Below, piece by piece: positions 1-9,258 of a stretch of 40,543 bases of DNA (its first letter is position 1; the number at the start of each line of letters is the position of its first letter). The stretch spans positions 1-40,543 of the forward strand of contig JAHEQA010000037.1 in NCBI GenBank assembly GCA_019561615.1, in the 5' to 3' direction. The position numbers and the translations under genes were made by a program. This DNA is from Methanothermococcus sp. SCGC AD-155-E23 (GTDB lineage Archaea; AGJL01; Methanococci; Methanococcales; Methanococcaceae). The notes below the pieces were generated by a model. That model was not told the origin of the DNA, did no database searches, and saw only the letters and a list, made by a program, of their open reading frames with translations.

Positions 1-33
1 TTTTGATTATTATAGGGATAATAACGTGATACC

Positions 34-1377
34 ATGGATATAGAGGAGTTTGTAAGGAGAAGTCTAAGGAAGAAGATACCTGAGGATGTTATTATCGAGG
101 AAGGTGTTAAGATAGTTATGGAATTTAAAAAGATAGACAGGGAACTTGCCAGGGAATTTGTTGAGGCAGTTCTAAAGGAGGTAAAAACTGCAGAATCCTA
201 TAGAGATCTGGCAGATCCAAAGTTAAAGTATATCCTGGACTACAGGAGATCTGGAGTTACCATGGGGGAGATAGGTGGAGGTAGTAGGGGAAAAGGTGAC
301 TTCTTCCTACATCAACAGATAGGGAAGATCGTTGAGAGCACAGGACAGAGAACAGTTGTAGATACTAGGGATCAGGATGACGGTGGAGTTGTAGAGGCCA
401 AAGGTAAGTACATAGTAGCTACAATTGACGGTACCCGTTCCAGACTAAGTGAGTTTCCCTTTCTCGCAGGTTTCCATGTGACAAGGGCATGTCTCAGGGA
501 TGTATACGTTATGGGCGCAGAACCTGTTGCCCTTCTAAGTGACATCCACCTGGCAGATGACGGAGACGTATCCAAGATACTAGATTTTACAGCTGGAATA
601 TGTGCAGTTTCTGAGAGTATAGGGGTTCCACTGGTTGCAGGGAGTACCCTTAGGGTAGGTGGGGATATGGTGTTAGGGGAGAGGATGGTAAGTGCAGTAG
701 GTGCTGTTGGAGTGATAAAGGAGGATATGCCCACTGCAAGGAGGAGGGCTCAAGTTGGAGATGTGATACTTATGACCAGGGGTAGTGGAGGAGGTACTAT
801 AGCAACAACTGCCATATACCATGGGATGTTCTCCGTGGTCTATGAGACCCTCAATATAGATTTCTTGAAGGCATGTAAGAGGATATTGGAGAGTGATCTA
901 CTTAAGTACATCCATGTTATGACAGATGTGACAAATGGGGGGTTGAGAGGGGATGCCTACGAGATTTCAAGATCTGCCAAGGTCTCCCTGGAGTTCTACA
1001 GGGACAGGGTCCTTGACGTTATTAACCCCAAGGTCCTAGAGATGCTGGAAAAGTTGAATATAGATCCCTTGGGAGTCTCCATAGACAGTTTGTTGATAAT
1101 AGCCCCCCAGGAGTATGCAGAGGAGATTGAGAAGAAAACTGGTGCCAAGGTTGTAGGGGAGGTGAAGGAGGGAGAGGGAAGTTATATTGTAGATGGGGAT
1201 AGGAAAATACCACTCCTCCCAAGGTTTAGGGAGTCTCCCTACACCCCTGTAAAGAAGGTTGTAGATAAGATGAAACCTGATAGAGAGGAATTTGAACTTA
1301 TGAAGAGGAGGATAGAAGAGGCCTGTAAGGAAGCCATTAAAAAGAAGGAGTTTGTAAAGAGTCTCTTATCAAGGTGA
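34..1377 (+). CDS. AIR synthase (PurM)-fold protein, HypE/ThiL-related archaeal family (MJ1456-like)
   Basis: 447 aa; GGTGA-TACC-ATG start; motifs GSRGxGDFF, QDDGG, FPFLAGFHVTRA, HLADDGDV, MTDVTNGGLRGD. Confidence 0.8.
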   Translation: MDIEEFVRRSLRKKIPEDVIIEEGVKIVMEFKKIDRELAREFVEAVLKEVKTAESYRDLADPKLKYILDYRRSGVTMGEIGGGSRGKGDFFLHQQIGKIVESTGQRTVVDTRDQDDGGVVEAKGKYIVATIDGTRSRLSEFPFLAGFHVTRACLRDVYVMGAEPVALLSDIHLADDGDVSKILDFTAGICAVSESIGVPLVAGSTLRVGGDMVLGERMVSAVGAVGVIKEDMPTARRRAQVGDVILMTRGSGGGTIATTAIYHGMFSVVYETLNIDFLKACKRILESDLLKYIHVMTDVTNGGLRGDAYEISRSAKVSLEFYRDRVLDVINPKVLEMLEKLNIDPLGVSIDSLLIIAPQEYAEEIEKKTGAKVVGEVKEGEGSYIVDGDRKIPLLPRFRESPYTPVKKVVDKMKPDREEFELMKRRIEEACKEAIKKKEFVKSLLSR

Positions 1378-1382
1378 CTTCC

Positions 1383-2051
1383 ATGGAGGAGATTTTAGAG
1401 AAGATATACAGGGCCTTAAATGGAGAGGAGAAGTACATCCCAGAGGTGTCCAAGGTATTCCCCTACATCAACAACAGGAGATTTAGAAGGTACTACTCCC
1501 TACTTTCAAAGCTCTGTAGTAGAGATGTAGTTATGCACTCTTTGGCAGTATCCCTCTACACCTATGAACTTGCTTCAAAGTTAAAAAATAGAGGTTATAA
1601 CATAGACCTGGACCTGGCAGTATTTGGAGCCCTCCTCCATGACATAGGGAGAAGTAGAACCCATGGTATAAAACATGGAGTTGAAGGGGGGAGAATAGTA
1701 AGGGAGCACAACTTAGGTGAGGAATTGGCTCTCATAGTGGAGAGACATATTGGGGGAGGTATACCAAAGGAGGAGGCTGTCAAGTTAGGGTTACCACCAA
1801 GGGACTACATCCCCAGGACACTGGAGGAGAAACTTGTGGCACACTGTGACAACCTAATAAGTGGTACTAGGAGGGTGGATATAAACTTTGTAGTGGAAAA
1901 ATTCAAGAGAAGACTTGGTTGTAAAGATATAAACCACCCTGTAATAATGAGGATTATAAGGTTAAACAATGAGATCAACTCTTTACTTAAAGAGGATTCC
2001 AGTCATATTCAGTGTAACGTAGAAGGCCAGCATACCAAAGGTCATACATAG
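1383..2051 (+). CDS. HDIG-type HD-superfamily phosphohydrolase (TIGR00295-like)
   Basis: H...LLHDIG...H...HIGGG...EEKLVAHCD; ATG at 1383 follows AGGTGA; 3' end overlaps the convergent gene by 69 bp. Confidence 0.85.
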   Translation: MEEILEKIYRALNGEEKYIPEVSKVFPYINNRRFRRYYSLLSKLCSRDVVMHSLAVSLYTYELASKLKNRGYNIDLDLAVFGALLHDIGRSRTHGIKHGVEGGRIVREHNLGEELALIVERHIGGGIPKEEAVKLGLPPRDYIPRTLEEKLVAHCDNLISGTRRVDINFVVEKFKRRLGCKDINHPVIMRIIRLNNEINSLLKEDSSHIQCNVEGQHTKGHT

Positions 2052-2873
2052 GGCACAACCTATTATCATCCTACTAACCTTTAAGCCAAATAGTGGGATG
2101 GTAAACAACAGTCCAAAGATTCCAGTACCTATCTGGATAACCTCCATACACTTTGCAATCTCTTCAGGTTTTACAGGGGTGGCGTTAGGTAGCAAACTTG
2201 ATATTATATTGAGATAGCCTCCAATAATACCTGCAGTTGCAGGAACTACTCCACAGAGTATTACAAGCCCCACTGCAAGACCGTTTGCAGTAACACTTAA
2301 GAGCTGTGACCTTAGGTTCTGGAGATCCTCCAGGGTTTTTGCAAGGGTTGTTAGAGTCTCTGCTAACTCCCCTCCATACTTCCTAGTCTCGATAAGGAGC
2401 CTTCCAACTAATTTAAATATATGGGAATCCATACTGTTTGCAACTATATAGACTGCCTCCTCAAAACTTAACTTTCTCTCCTTTATTAGTAAGATGATCT
2501 TTAAGAAGACCTTATCTACCTCCTTAATACCACTGTCAACAACCTCCTGAATTGCATCAACGATGGAACGTCCTGACTCCAGGGAAAGTACCATTACATA
2601 GAGGGCCTTAGGTAGGTTACGTTCAAACTCCTCTATCTTCAACTCGTAGATTACCTTAGGTATCATAAGAACTGAGAGGACGTAAAGAACAATGAGTAGA
2701 GTAACACTTCTTAAATTGAGGTGGACTATAAACTTCATTACAATAGGTACTACAACAGCCAGTAACAGTATCATGAGATATTTGTTTTCATCAATTTTTC
2801 TAAATCCAGCTTTTCTCAGTAAGATCACATTGCGTTTTATAATCCTTTGAAATATCTCCCCAATATCCGCCAT
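1983..2873 (-). CDS. epdJ: Type IV pilus platform protein, T2SSF/TadC-like
   Basis: Membrane segments plus T2SSF motif (LPKALYVMVLSLESGRSIVDAI, YGGELAETL); third gene after the ATPase, as in the Methanococcus epdL-K-J locus. Confidence 0.75.
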   Translation of the reverse strand: MADIGEIFQRIIKRNVILLRKAGFRKIDENKYLMILLLAVVVPIVMKFIVHLNLRSVTLLIVLYVLSVLMIPKVIYELKIEEFERNLPKALYVMVLSLESGRSIVDAIQEVVDSGIKEVDKVFLKIILLIKERKLSFEEAVYIVANSMDSHIFKLVGRLLIETRKYGGELAETLTTLAKTLEDLQNLRSQLLSVTANGLAVGLVILCGVVPATAGIIGGYLNIISSLLPNATPVKPEEIAKCMEVIQIGTGIFGLLFTIPLFGLKVSRMIIGCALCMTFGMLAFYVTLNMTGILFK

Positions 2874-2877
2874 TTTT

Positions 2878-3921
2878 TCACTCGATTTTAAACTTTACAA
2901 ATATTGCAAAGACTAGGGCTAGAACAGGTGCTATCTTTGTAAGTACTAAATCTACAGTGTTGATTACACCGGTGAGACCAGTATTCCCCTGGAGTGCAGA
3001 GAGCATCATCCCTGAGAAGGGTAGTATCACCCCAACTCCAAATACCAGGTTACCTAGATTAGTTATCTGGAACTTTGAGGATTCTATCTTGGACATAGAC
3101 TCTCTCAGTATGTCCTTATAGAGGTTTTTCAGAAGTAGCTGTGCTCCCCCCTTATTTAGGGAGATGAGAAGTTGAGTGTAGAGTTTTTTCATCAGAGGTA
3201 CCTTTGTCCTCAACCTCGCCCTTTCAAGAGCCTCTTTTAAACTGTAACCTCTTTCTATGTCCTTTATAATACTTCTAAATTCAAAAGAGGGGATACCAAA
3301 TTCTGGACTATCTGCTATGTTTTTAATAGCCTCCTGGAGAGACATTCCAGCATTTAACAGTGATATCATGGTTAACAGTGCTACAAGTATCTGCATCTTT
3401 ATCTCTCCACGGAAGAGCAGCAACTTTATCTTTGGATAGAACACCCCTAGAACAAATATAACAGTACTTGCAACTATCCCACTTACAATAGCCATAGGTG
3501 GATTGTCCAGGAAGTATAGGAAGTATGCAAAACCTATAAGTAGGGAAATAACTGTTAATTTTAAGAAGTATTTATTGACGTCTTTGATACCAGCGTATTG
3601 AAAATCTATCTTAGAGGGTAAGAACTTTGTACGTACTACACGATAGGATATCTCTCTACTGTATCTTTTAAGGACTTCTACCTCTAACTCCTCCAATATC
3701 TTGTCAATGTCTACCTCTGTCTCCATCCTTCTGCCAGGTCCCTCTCCAGTACCCTCGTAGACATCGTAAAATATTAACTCCTCTTCAACTTCATCGTAAA
3801 TAGTAGGTACCTTTTCAACTAGGAGGGTGGAGACTTTTTTTCTTCTCCTCCTTCGTCCCCTAATAAGATACACTATTTCATCCAAGAAGTTTGAAAAAAA
3901 CCTTTTTACCACTTCTGCCAT
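2878..3921 (-). CDS. epdK: Type IV pilus platform protein, T2SSF/TadB-C-like
   Basis: MISLLNAGMSLQEAI...DIERGYSLKEAL T2SSF pattern, TM helices, directly downstream of the pilus ATPase. Confidence 0.75.
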   Translation of the reverse strand: MAEVVKRFFSNFLDEIVYLIRGRRRRRKKVSTLLVEKVPTIYDEVEEELIFYDVYEGTGEGPGRRMETEVDIDKILEELEVEVLKRYSREISYRVVRTKFLPSKIDFQYAGIKDVNKYFLKLTVISLLIGFAYFLYFLDNPPMAIVSGIVASTVIFVLGVFYPKIKLLLFRGEIKMQILVALLTMISLLNAGMSLQEAIKNIADSPEFGIPSFEFRSIIKDIERGYSLKEALERARLRTKVPLMKKLYTQLLISLNKGGAQLLLKNLYKDILRESMSKIESSKFQITNLGNLVFGVGVILPFSGMMLSALQGNTGLTGVINTVDLVLTKIAPVLALVFAIFVKFKIE

Positions 3922-3938
3922 TTAATCACCACAAAAAA

Positions 3939-6104
3939 TTAAATCACTATACTCCTTAGTAGTTTATCTGGATTCTCCTGGTATTTCATTATAAGTTCTC
4001 CTACCCTCTTGATATCCCTTATATTGTTCTTGTATGCATACTTCAATACCTCTATTCTATTTTTCCTATCCTCCAATAACTCCTCCCTAGTTATACCTGC
4101 AATATTACAGACCTCCTCCTCCCACATACAGATACCTGTTTTCTTTATGGCATCCTCCATACCGTCGTATGTAAAGAGTGTAGTTTTGGATATCTCTCCA
4201 CCAGAGCCTGTAATCTCTATAACTTCCAGTATTCTTCTAATAGTCTTTCTATTCCTCTTTATCCTCTGCTGGTTTATAATAAAGTCCAGGGAGGTGAGCA
4301 TAATCTTAGGTACATTCATAGGTGGATTTATCAACCTAGTTATAGCCTCACTTGCACTGTTTGCGTGGAGAGTTCCAGAACAGTTGGAGACTACGATACC
4401 TCCGTTACTTCCCCCTATATAGGTATGGTTGTCCACAACTGTTAGATCGTAGATATAACCCTGATACCTTACCTCCTCAATAGAGACTACCCTATCCCAG
4501 GAGATACCTGGGGAGGAGTATACACTCTCTACCATTACATCCCCATCTGTACCGTAGCTACTAATACTTTTACCTCTGTATCCACTGGGAATAGCTATGT
4601 AATCTCCAACCTCTAGGGTGTTGGCATTAACCTCGAAGATAATCCCCCTTAGCAGGTACAGTGGATGGTCGTGGGTAAGGGTTATCTCCCTGCCACTCTC
4701 AGTTCTTATCTTTAGAAGTTTTCCAGAGTACCTCTTTCTCCATACATGGGATATTAACTTGTCCTCAATTTTTAGGGATCTCTTGTTAAAGCTGTTGATG
4801 TATATACCCTCTCCACTTATATCTATCCATTCAAATCCGTTATCCTCCCTTACCACCTTATATCCCTTCTGGAAGAAACTATCTACAAGGTCCCCTATCT
4901 TTACAACCCTATTATCGGAGAGGTGTATCAACTCTTCACCAATTAAGGCACCGTCGTGACCTGTGTTCATAGCTACCAGGAGGGAACGGGCCTCCTCTCC
5001 CCTTACCTCCCCTACAAATATCCTATCAGGTCTCATCCTCAGGGCGTTCTTAATAAGGTCGTCCATGGTGATCTCGTAGTCTGGGACTCCAGGTCTTGGT
5101 GGTCTAGTTACCATCCTTATTACATGGTCATGGGGTATCTGGAGTTCTGGAGTATCCTCGATGGTAATTATTCTATCGGTATACATGGAGAACATGGATA
5201 TTACATTTAGGGTGGTAGTCTTACCAGAACCAGTACCCCCTACAATCAAGGTGTTGGCAGGTTTAGATCCAAAGTATCCCTCAACAGCCTGCCAGAGGAA
5301 GGCTGCAAATTCAAAGTTAAAGGTACCAAATCTTATAAGATCTATCACAGTTAGAGGATCCTTGGAGAACTTACGGATGGTCAGTGTATTTCCATCAGGT
5401 GTAACCTCCTTTAAGGTGGCATTTACCCTACTCCCATCTGGTAAAAAGGCATCTAGCATAGGGGTTCTGGCATCTATGGTCCTTCCTGCAAGTAGTGCTA
5501 TACTCTCTATAATTCTTGTCAACTCCTCCTCGTCAAAGGTGATATTAGTTCTACACATCTGGTATTTCCTGTGGAAGACATAGGCAGGCCTGTACTCCCC
5601 GTTAACCATTACCTCCTCTAATCTATCGTCACTAAGGGGTATCTCAAGTAGACCTAACTTACCAAGGACTAAGTAGAAGTACTTTGCCAGACTTTGTATC
5701 TCAGGTTTTTTTAGGTTTAAATTGTTCTCCTCTACGTAGTCCTGTAAGAATTTGTATATCTCTCCAACCTTCTCAAATCCCTCTTCAGATAGGATGGACC
5801 TTATATCCTGGAGGGTATCCTCAGGTAACCTGGAGAGTATCTCCATTATCTCATCTACTTCAGGTACAATATACAGTGTCCTTCCTCCCTTTTTCTCGAT
5901 AACTATCTCAAATTCTACCTCCCCCACCTGTACACTGTAGGTGTCCAGGACATTTGGGGATAGAGAGGTACCTACTTTACTAAAAGTAGTTGTAAAGCCA
6001 GTTGGAGTAGTCTCCCCCTCTTTTTTCTCCTCCTTTAAAGTACTGTCCTTTTTAATAGAAACTCCAGCCTTACCCTTCTTTTTAATTCTATCTAATAGTC
6101 CCAT
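3939..6104 (-). CDS. epdL: Type IV pilus assembly ATPase (CpaF/TadA/KlbA family), intein-containing precursor
   Basis: Walker A GGTGSGKTT, Asp box TIEDTPEL, Walker B LRMRPDRIFVGEVRG; His box MNTGHDG|CSGTLHA split by a 189-aa insertion. Confidence 0.92.
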   Translation of the reverse strand: MGLLDRIKKKGKAGVSIKKDSTLKEEKKEGETTPTGFTTTFSKVGTSLSPNVLDTYSVQVGEVEFEIVIEKKGGRTLYIVPEVDEIMEILSRLPEDTLQDIRSILSEEGFEKVGEIYKFLQDYVEENNLNLKKPEIQSLAKYFYLVLGKLGLLEIPLSDDRLEEVMVNGEYRPAYVFHRKYQMCRTNITFDEEELTRIIESIALLAGRTIDARTPMLDAFLPDGSRVNATLKEVTPDGNTLTIRKFSKDPLTVIDLIRFGTFNFEFAAFLWQAVEGYFGSKPANTLIVGGTGSGKTTTLNVISMFSMYTDRIITIEDTPELQIPHDHVIRMVTRPPRPGVPDYEITMDDLIKNALRMRPDRIFVGEVRGEEARSLLVAMNTGHDGALIGEELIHLSDNRVVKIGDLVDSFFQKGYKVVREDNGFEWIDISGEGIYINSFNKRSLKIEDKLISHVWRKRYSGKLLKIRTESGREITLTHDHPLYLLRGIIFEVNANTLEVGDYIAIPSGYRGKSISSYGTDGDVMVESVYSSPGISWDRVVSIEEVRYQGYIYDLTVVDNHTYIGGSNGGIVVSNCSGTLHANSASEAITRLINPPMNVPKIMLTSLDFIINQQRIKRNRKTIRRILEVIEITGSGGEISKTTLFTYDGMEDAIKKTGICMWEEEVCNIAGITREELLEDRKNRIEVLKYAYKNNIRDIKRVGELIMKYQENPDKLLRSIVI
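4383..4949 (-). mobile_element. KlbA-type class 2 mini-intein (189 aa, residues 386-574 of the precursor), no homing endonuclease
   Basis: Begins with Ala (ALIGEELIHLSD) after GHDG; block B ITLTHDHPL; block F YIYDLTV; ends VVSN followed by Cys+1; no LAGLIDADG motifs. Confidence 0.93.
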
Positions 6105-6155
6105 ATTAACACCTAAAATAATAGTTGCCCTTAAAATTATATTAATATTGCTGGT

Positions 6156-6172
6156 AAAAAAGAAAAAAAGAG
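6156..6172 (-). terminator. Oligo-U terminator candidate after tfb
   Basis: Minus strand reads CTCTTTTTTTCTTTTTT immediately after the tfb stop. Confidence 0.55.
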
Positions 6173-7150
6173 TTATAGGGTAACGTCGATATCTAGATGC
6201 TCTGTCAATTCCTTGTACCTGTTCCTTATAGTTACCTCTGTAACTCCTGCAACATCTGCAACCTCTCTCTGGGTTCTCCTTGTCCCATGGAGTACACTGG
6301 CGATGTATATTGCAGCTGCAGCTACACCTGTTGGTCCCCTACCACTTGTCAACCCCTTCTCACTGGCCTTCTGAAGGATGGCAATAGCCTTGGACTCCAC
6401 CTCCCCAGGTAGGTTAAGTTCTGAGACAAATCTTGGGACGTAGTCTATTGGACTTGTTGGAGCCAACTTTATATTCAACTCCCTTGTTAGGAACCTGTAG
6501 GTCCTTCCTATCTCCTTTCTATCTACCCTGGAAACCTCTGCAATCTCATCTAAGGTCCTTGGAACCTTACATATTCTACAGGCGGCGTAAAGTGCGGCGG
6601 CAGCTACCCCTTCTATACTTCTACCTCTAATAAGCCCCTTCTCCACAGCACCCCTGTAGAGTATTGCGGCGTTCTCCCTAACATTCCTTGGTAGTCCCAA
6701 CTTAGAGGCTATCCTGTCTAACTCAGAGAGGGCATAGGCAAGGTTTCTCTCTGAGGCATCAGATACCCTAATTCTTCTCTGCCACTTTCTCAACCTGTAG
6801 AGTTGAGCCTTCCTCTCTGCAGAGATCTCCTTCCCATAGCTGTCCTTGTTCCTCCAGTCGATAACGGTGGATAACCCCTTGTCATGTATGGTGTAGGTTA
6901 TTGGAGCCCCTACCCTACTTCTCTTTACCCTCTGTTCATGGTCGAAGGCCCTCCACTCTGGTCCTGTATCAAATAGATTTTCCTGTAGAACACATCCACA
7001 GTCTGCACATACAATCTCTGCCCTCTCGTAATCCTTAACTATATTCTTACTGTTACAGATAGGGCAGACTAGCTCCTCCTCCTTCTCTATAATAACATTT
7101 TTTGAGTTCTTAGCATTTTTCTCCTCTACTTCTAATGTTTTTGCCTTCAT
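6173..7150 (-). CDS. tfb: Transcription initiation factor IIB
   Basis: Zn ribbon CPIC...CADCG, B-reader GPEWRAF, two cyclin repeats (RGRSIEG, SGRGPTG), C-terminal [13 protein letters not shown]. Confidence 0.98.
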   Translation of the reverse strand: MKAKTLEVEEKNAKNSKNVIIEKEEELVCPICNSKNIVKDYERAEIVCADCGCVLQENLFDTGPEWRAFDHEQRVKRSRVGAPITYTIHDKGLSTVIDWRNKDSYGKEISAERKAQLYRLRKWQRRIRVSDASERNLAYALSELDRIASKLGLPRNVRENAAILYRGAVEKGLIRGRSIEGVAAAALYAACRICKVPRTLDEIAEVSRVDRKEIGRTYRFLTRELNIKLAPTSPIDYVPRFVSELNLPGEVESKAIAILQKASEKGLTSGRGPTGVAAAAIYIASVLHGTRRTQREVADVAGVTEVTIRNRYKELTEHLDIDVTL

Positions 7151-7180
7151 AGGCTAACACCGTAGATATAGGCTTTTATT

Positions 7181-7456
7181 TTAACGTCGACCCCTCCTGT
7201 TGGAGTATCTCTTTCTCCTCTTCTCCTCCGAGATAAAGGCCTCCCCCCGTCTCAGTGCTATCCTCTTCCCAGTTTTATCTGTAGGTATTATGGAGATGTA
7301 GGGTTTATTAACTGGGCCAAAAACCTCGTACACCTTCCCAAGTACCCTCCTCCTAGATCTATCTGCAAAAACAGTAGATCTTAACTTAGGTTGATAGTCC
7401 GCCCTCCCTATAACCCTCCCGTTGGGAAGCTCATGTAGTATCTCTATCCTCCTCAC
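7181..7456 (-). CDS. gar1: Gar1/Naf1-family H/ACA sRNP protein
   Basis: LGKVYEVFGPVNKPY motif, Arg-rich tail, usual position upstream of tfb; GTG at 7456 follows GGAGG. Confidence 0.88.
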   Translation of the reverse strand: MRRIEILHELPNGRVIGRADYQPKLRSTVFADRSRRRVLGKVYEVFGPVNKPYISIIPTDKTGKRIALRRGEAFISEEKRRKRYSNRRGRR

Positions 7457-7497
7457 GGTACTCCTCCACTTCAATATAACTAATAGATTTAGAAATA

Positions 7498-7525
7498 TGG
7501 ATATAACGTTGATACGATATATCCA
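7498..7525. promoter_or_regulatory. Inverted repeat/hairpin at the predicted gar1-tfb transcription start
   Basis: TGGATATA-A-CGT-TGAT-ACG-A-TATATCCA: 8-bp perfect arms plus a 3-bp inner stem. Confidence 0.5.
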
Positions 7526-7546
7526 CCTATCCCTTTTGCAGTAATC

Positions 7547-7576
7547 CTATATAAACTTTTCGAAAAATATATATAG
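7547..7576. promoter_or_regulatory. Back-to-back BRE/TATA promoters for gar1-tfb (-) and sirC (+)
   Basis: Minus strand CGAAAAGTTTATATAG; plus strand CGAAAAATATATATAG; both share the central TTTTCGAAAA. Confidence 0.7.
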
Positions 7577-7619
7577 AAGTATCGACCTGCACTAAATTTA
7601 AATTCCAGAGAAGGAGAGG

Positions 7620-8246
7620 ATGATACCTGTATTTATTAAGTTAAAGGGTTTTAAGGTGTGCATCTTTGGATTTGGAGAGGTGGGGAGAAGAAGGTTAAAG
7701 AAGATACTACCTGGAGAACCGGAGAAGGTAACTGTCTATACCAAAGAGGAGGTAGAGGGGGAAACTAGGAGGCACTACGAGAATCTCTGTAACATAGAGT
7801 TTATAACCTGTGACCTGGAGGAGCTAAGGGATGAGGATATCGAGGAGATAGTAAAGGAGCATGATATTGTAATAGCTGCCATAGACGAGAGGAACAACAG
7901 GAGGATTGTAGAGATAGCCAAAAAATTTAAAAAGTTTATAAACTCCTCCACCTTTGAGGAGGATGTTAACTTTGTAATCCCAGCCTACTGCTATAAGGAG
8001 GGGATATACTTCCTGGTGTACACCCAGGGTAGGAGCCCTCTGATGGCGAGACATATTAGGGAGTTAGTGGAGAAATATATCGAGAATAATAGACAGGAGA
8101 TAGACCTCCAGAGTAATTTAAGAACATTTTTAAAAGAATGTGTCCCATCCCAGAGAGAGAGAAAGGAAATTTTAGAGGAAGTTTTTAAAAATGAGGAGTT
8201 TAAAAGGGAACTGTTGAATCTAATAGAGAGGTATAAGAATAAGTAA
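7620..8246 (+). CDS. sirC: Precorrin-2 dehydrogenase / sirohydrochlorin ferrochelatase (CysG N-terminal, SirC-type)
   Basis: MIPVFIKL start, Rossmann FGFGEVGRRR, NFVIPA, TQGRSPLMARHIR. Confidence 0.85.
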   Translation: MIPVFIKLKGFKVCIFGFGEVGRRRLKKILPGEPEKVTVYTKEEVEGETRRHYENLCNIEFITCDLEELRDEDIEEIVKEHDIVIAAIDERNNRRIVEIAKKFKKFINSSTFEEDVNFVIPAYCYKEGIYFLVYTQGRSPLMARHIRELVEKYIENNRQEIDLQSNLRTFLKECVPSQRERKEILEEVFKNEEFKRELLNLIERYKNK

Positions 8247-8283
8247 AGTTAATTACTCCACACAATTATCAGTAGGGGATTCT

Positions 8284-9258
8284 ATGAAGTTGAAGGAGAT
8301 AATTGAGGCCATAAGAAACTTTGAAGGTGTAACTAGAAAGAGAGGTATAAAGGAGATAGTATCTAATTTTAAATTTAAGGATGAGGACTACAACTTTGAA
8401 ATTATAGCCTCTTTTGGAGAGGATGCTGCGGTAGTAGCTATCAACGGTGAGGATGCTATTTTACTGGCTGCAGATGGTATATGGGAGAAGGTGTTGGAGG
8501 TAGATCCCTGGTGGGCAGGGTACTGCTCTGTACTTGTCAATGCCAACGATATAGCAGCCATGGGTGGTAGACCTATAGGTATGACAAGTGTAATAGGGGT
8601 AAGAAACTGGGATGTATGTAGGGAGATCCTTAAGGGTATAAGATACGGTATAGATAAGTTTGGTATCCCTATGCTGGGGGGTCACACCCATCCAGATGCA
8701 AGGTGCAACGTCCTAGATGTCTCCATTACAGGTATTGTAAAGAAGGACAGTATTCTAAGAAGCGACTCTGCCAAGGTTGGGGATAAGATAGTATTCGCCT
8801 ACGATCTAGATGGTAAGGTCCATGAAAAGTTCAACCTCAACTGGGATACCACCACCATGAAACCAAAGAAACTTGTAAGGGATCAGTTAAGGACCCTTGA
8901 AGTTATAGGAAGGGAGAAACTGGCTAACTCCTGTAAGGATATAAGTAATCCAGGTGCCCTAGGTACCCTAGGTATGCTCCTTGAAGTCTCCAGGAAGGGA
9001 GGCTATGTAGATATAAGGAAGATACCAAAACCTGAGGGTATACCTATTGTTCAATGGTTGAAGATGTATCCTGGATGTGGGTTTGTATTTACAACACCTG
9101 AGGAGAAGGTGAAGCCCCTTAAGGAGATACTGGAGGATGTAAATGTAACTGCGGAGGTCTGTGGAGAGGTAGTTAGGGAGAGGAAACTTGTAATAGGGGA
9201 TGGAAAGGAGAAAGGTGTTCTCTTTGACTTTGAGAAGGAGTACATATGTGGGTGTTAA
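8284..9258 (+). CDS. Methanogenesis marker protein 2 (AIR synthase/SelD-like fold)
   Basis: [55 protein letters not shown]. Confidence 0.88.
   Translation: MKLKEIIEAIRNFEGVTRKRGIKEIVSNFKFKDEDYNFEIIASFGEDAAVVAINGEDAILLAADGIWEKVLEVDPWWAGYCSVLVNANDIAAMGGRPIGMTSVIGVRNWDVCREILKGIRYGIDKFGIPMLGGHTHPDARCNVLDVSITGIVKKDSILRSDSAKVGDKIVFAYDLDGKVHEKFNLNWDTTTMKPKKLVRDQLRTLEVIGREKLANSCKDISNPGALGTLGMLLEVSRKGGYVDIRKIPKPEGIPIVQWLKMYPGCGFVFTTPEEKVKPLKEILEDVNVTAEVCGEVVRERKLVIGDGKEKGVLFDFEKEYICGC

Noticed and set aside
6173-7150. Possible intein in TFB, as in M. jannaschii
   Set aside because: [12 protein letters not shown] is uninterrupted and the protein is normal length.
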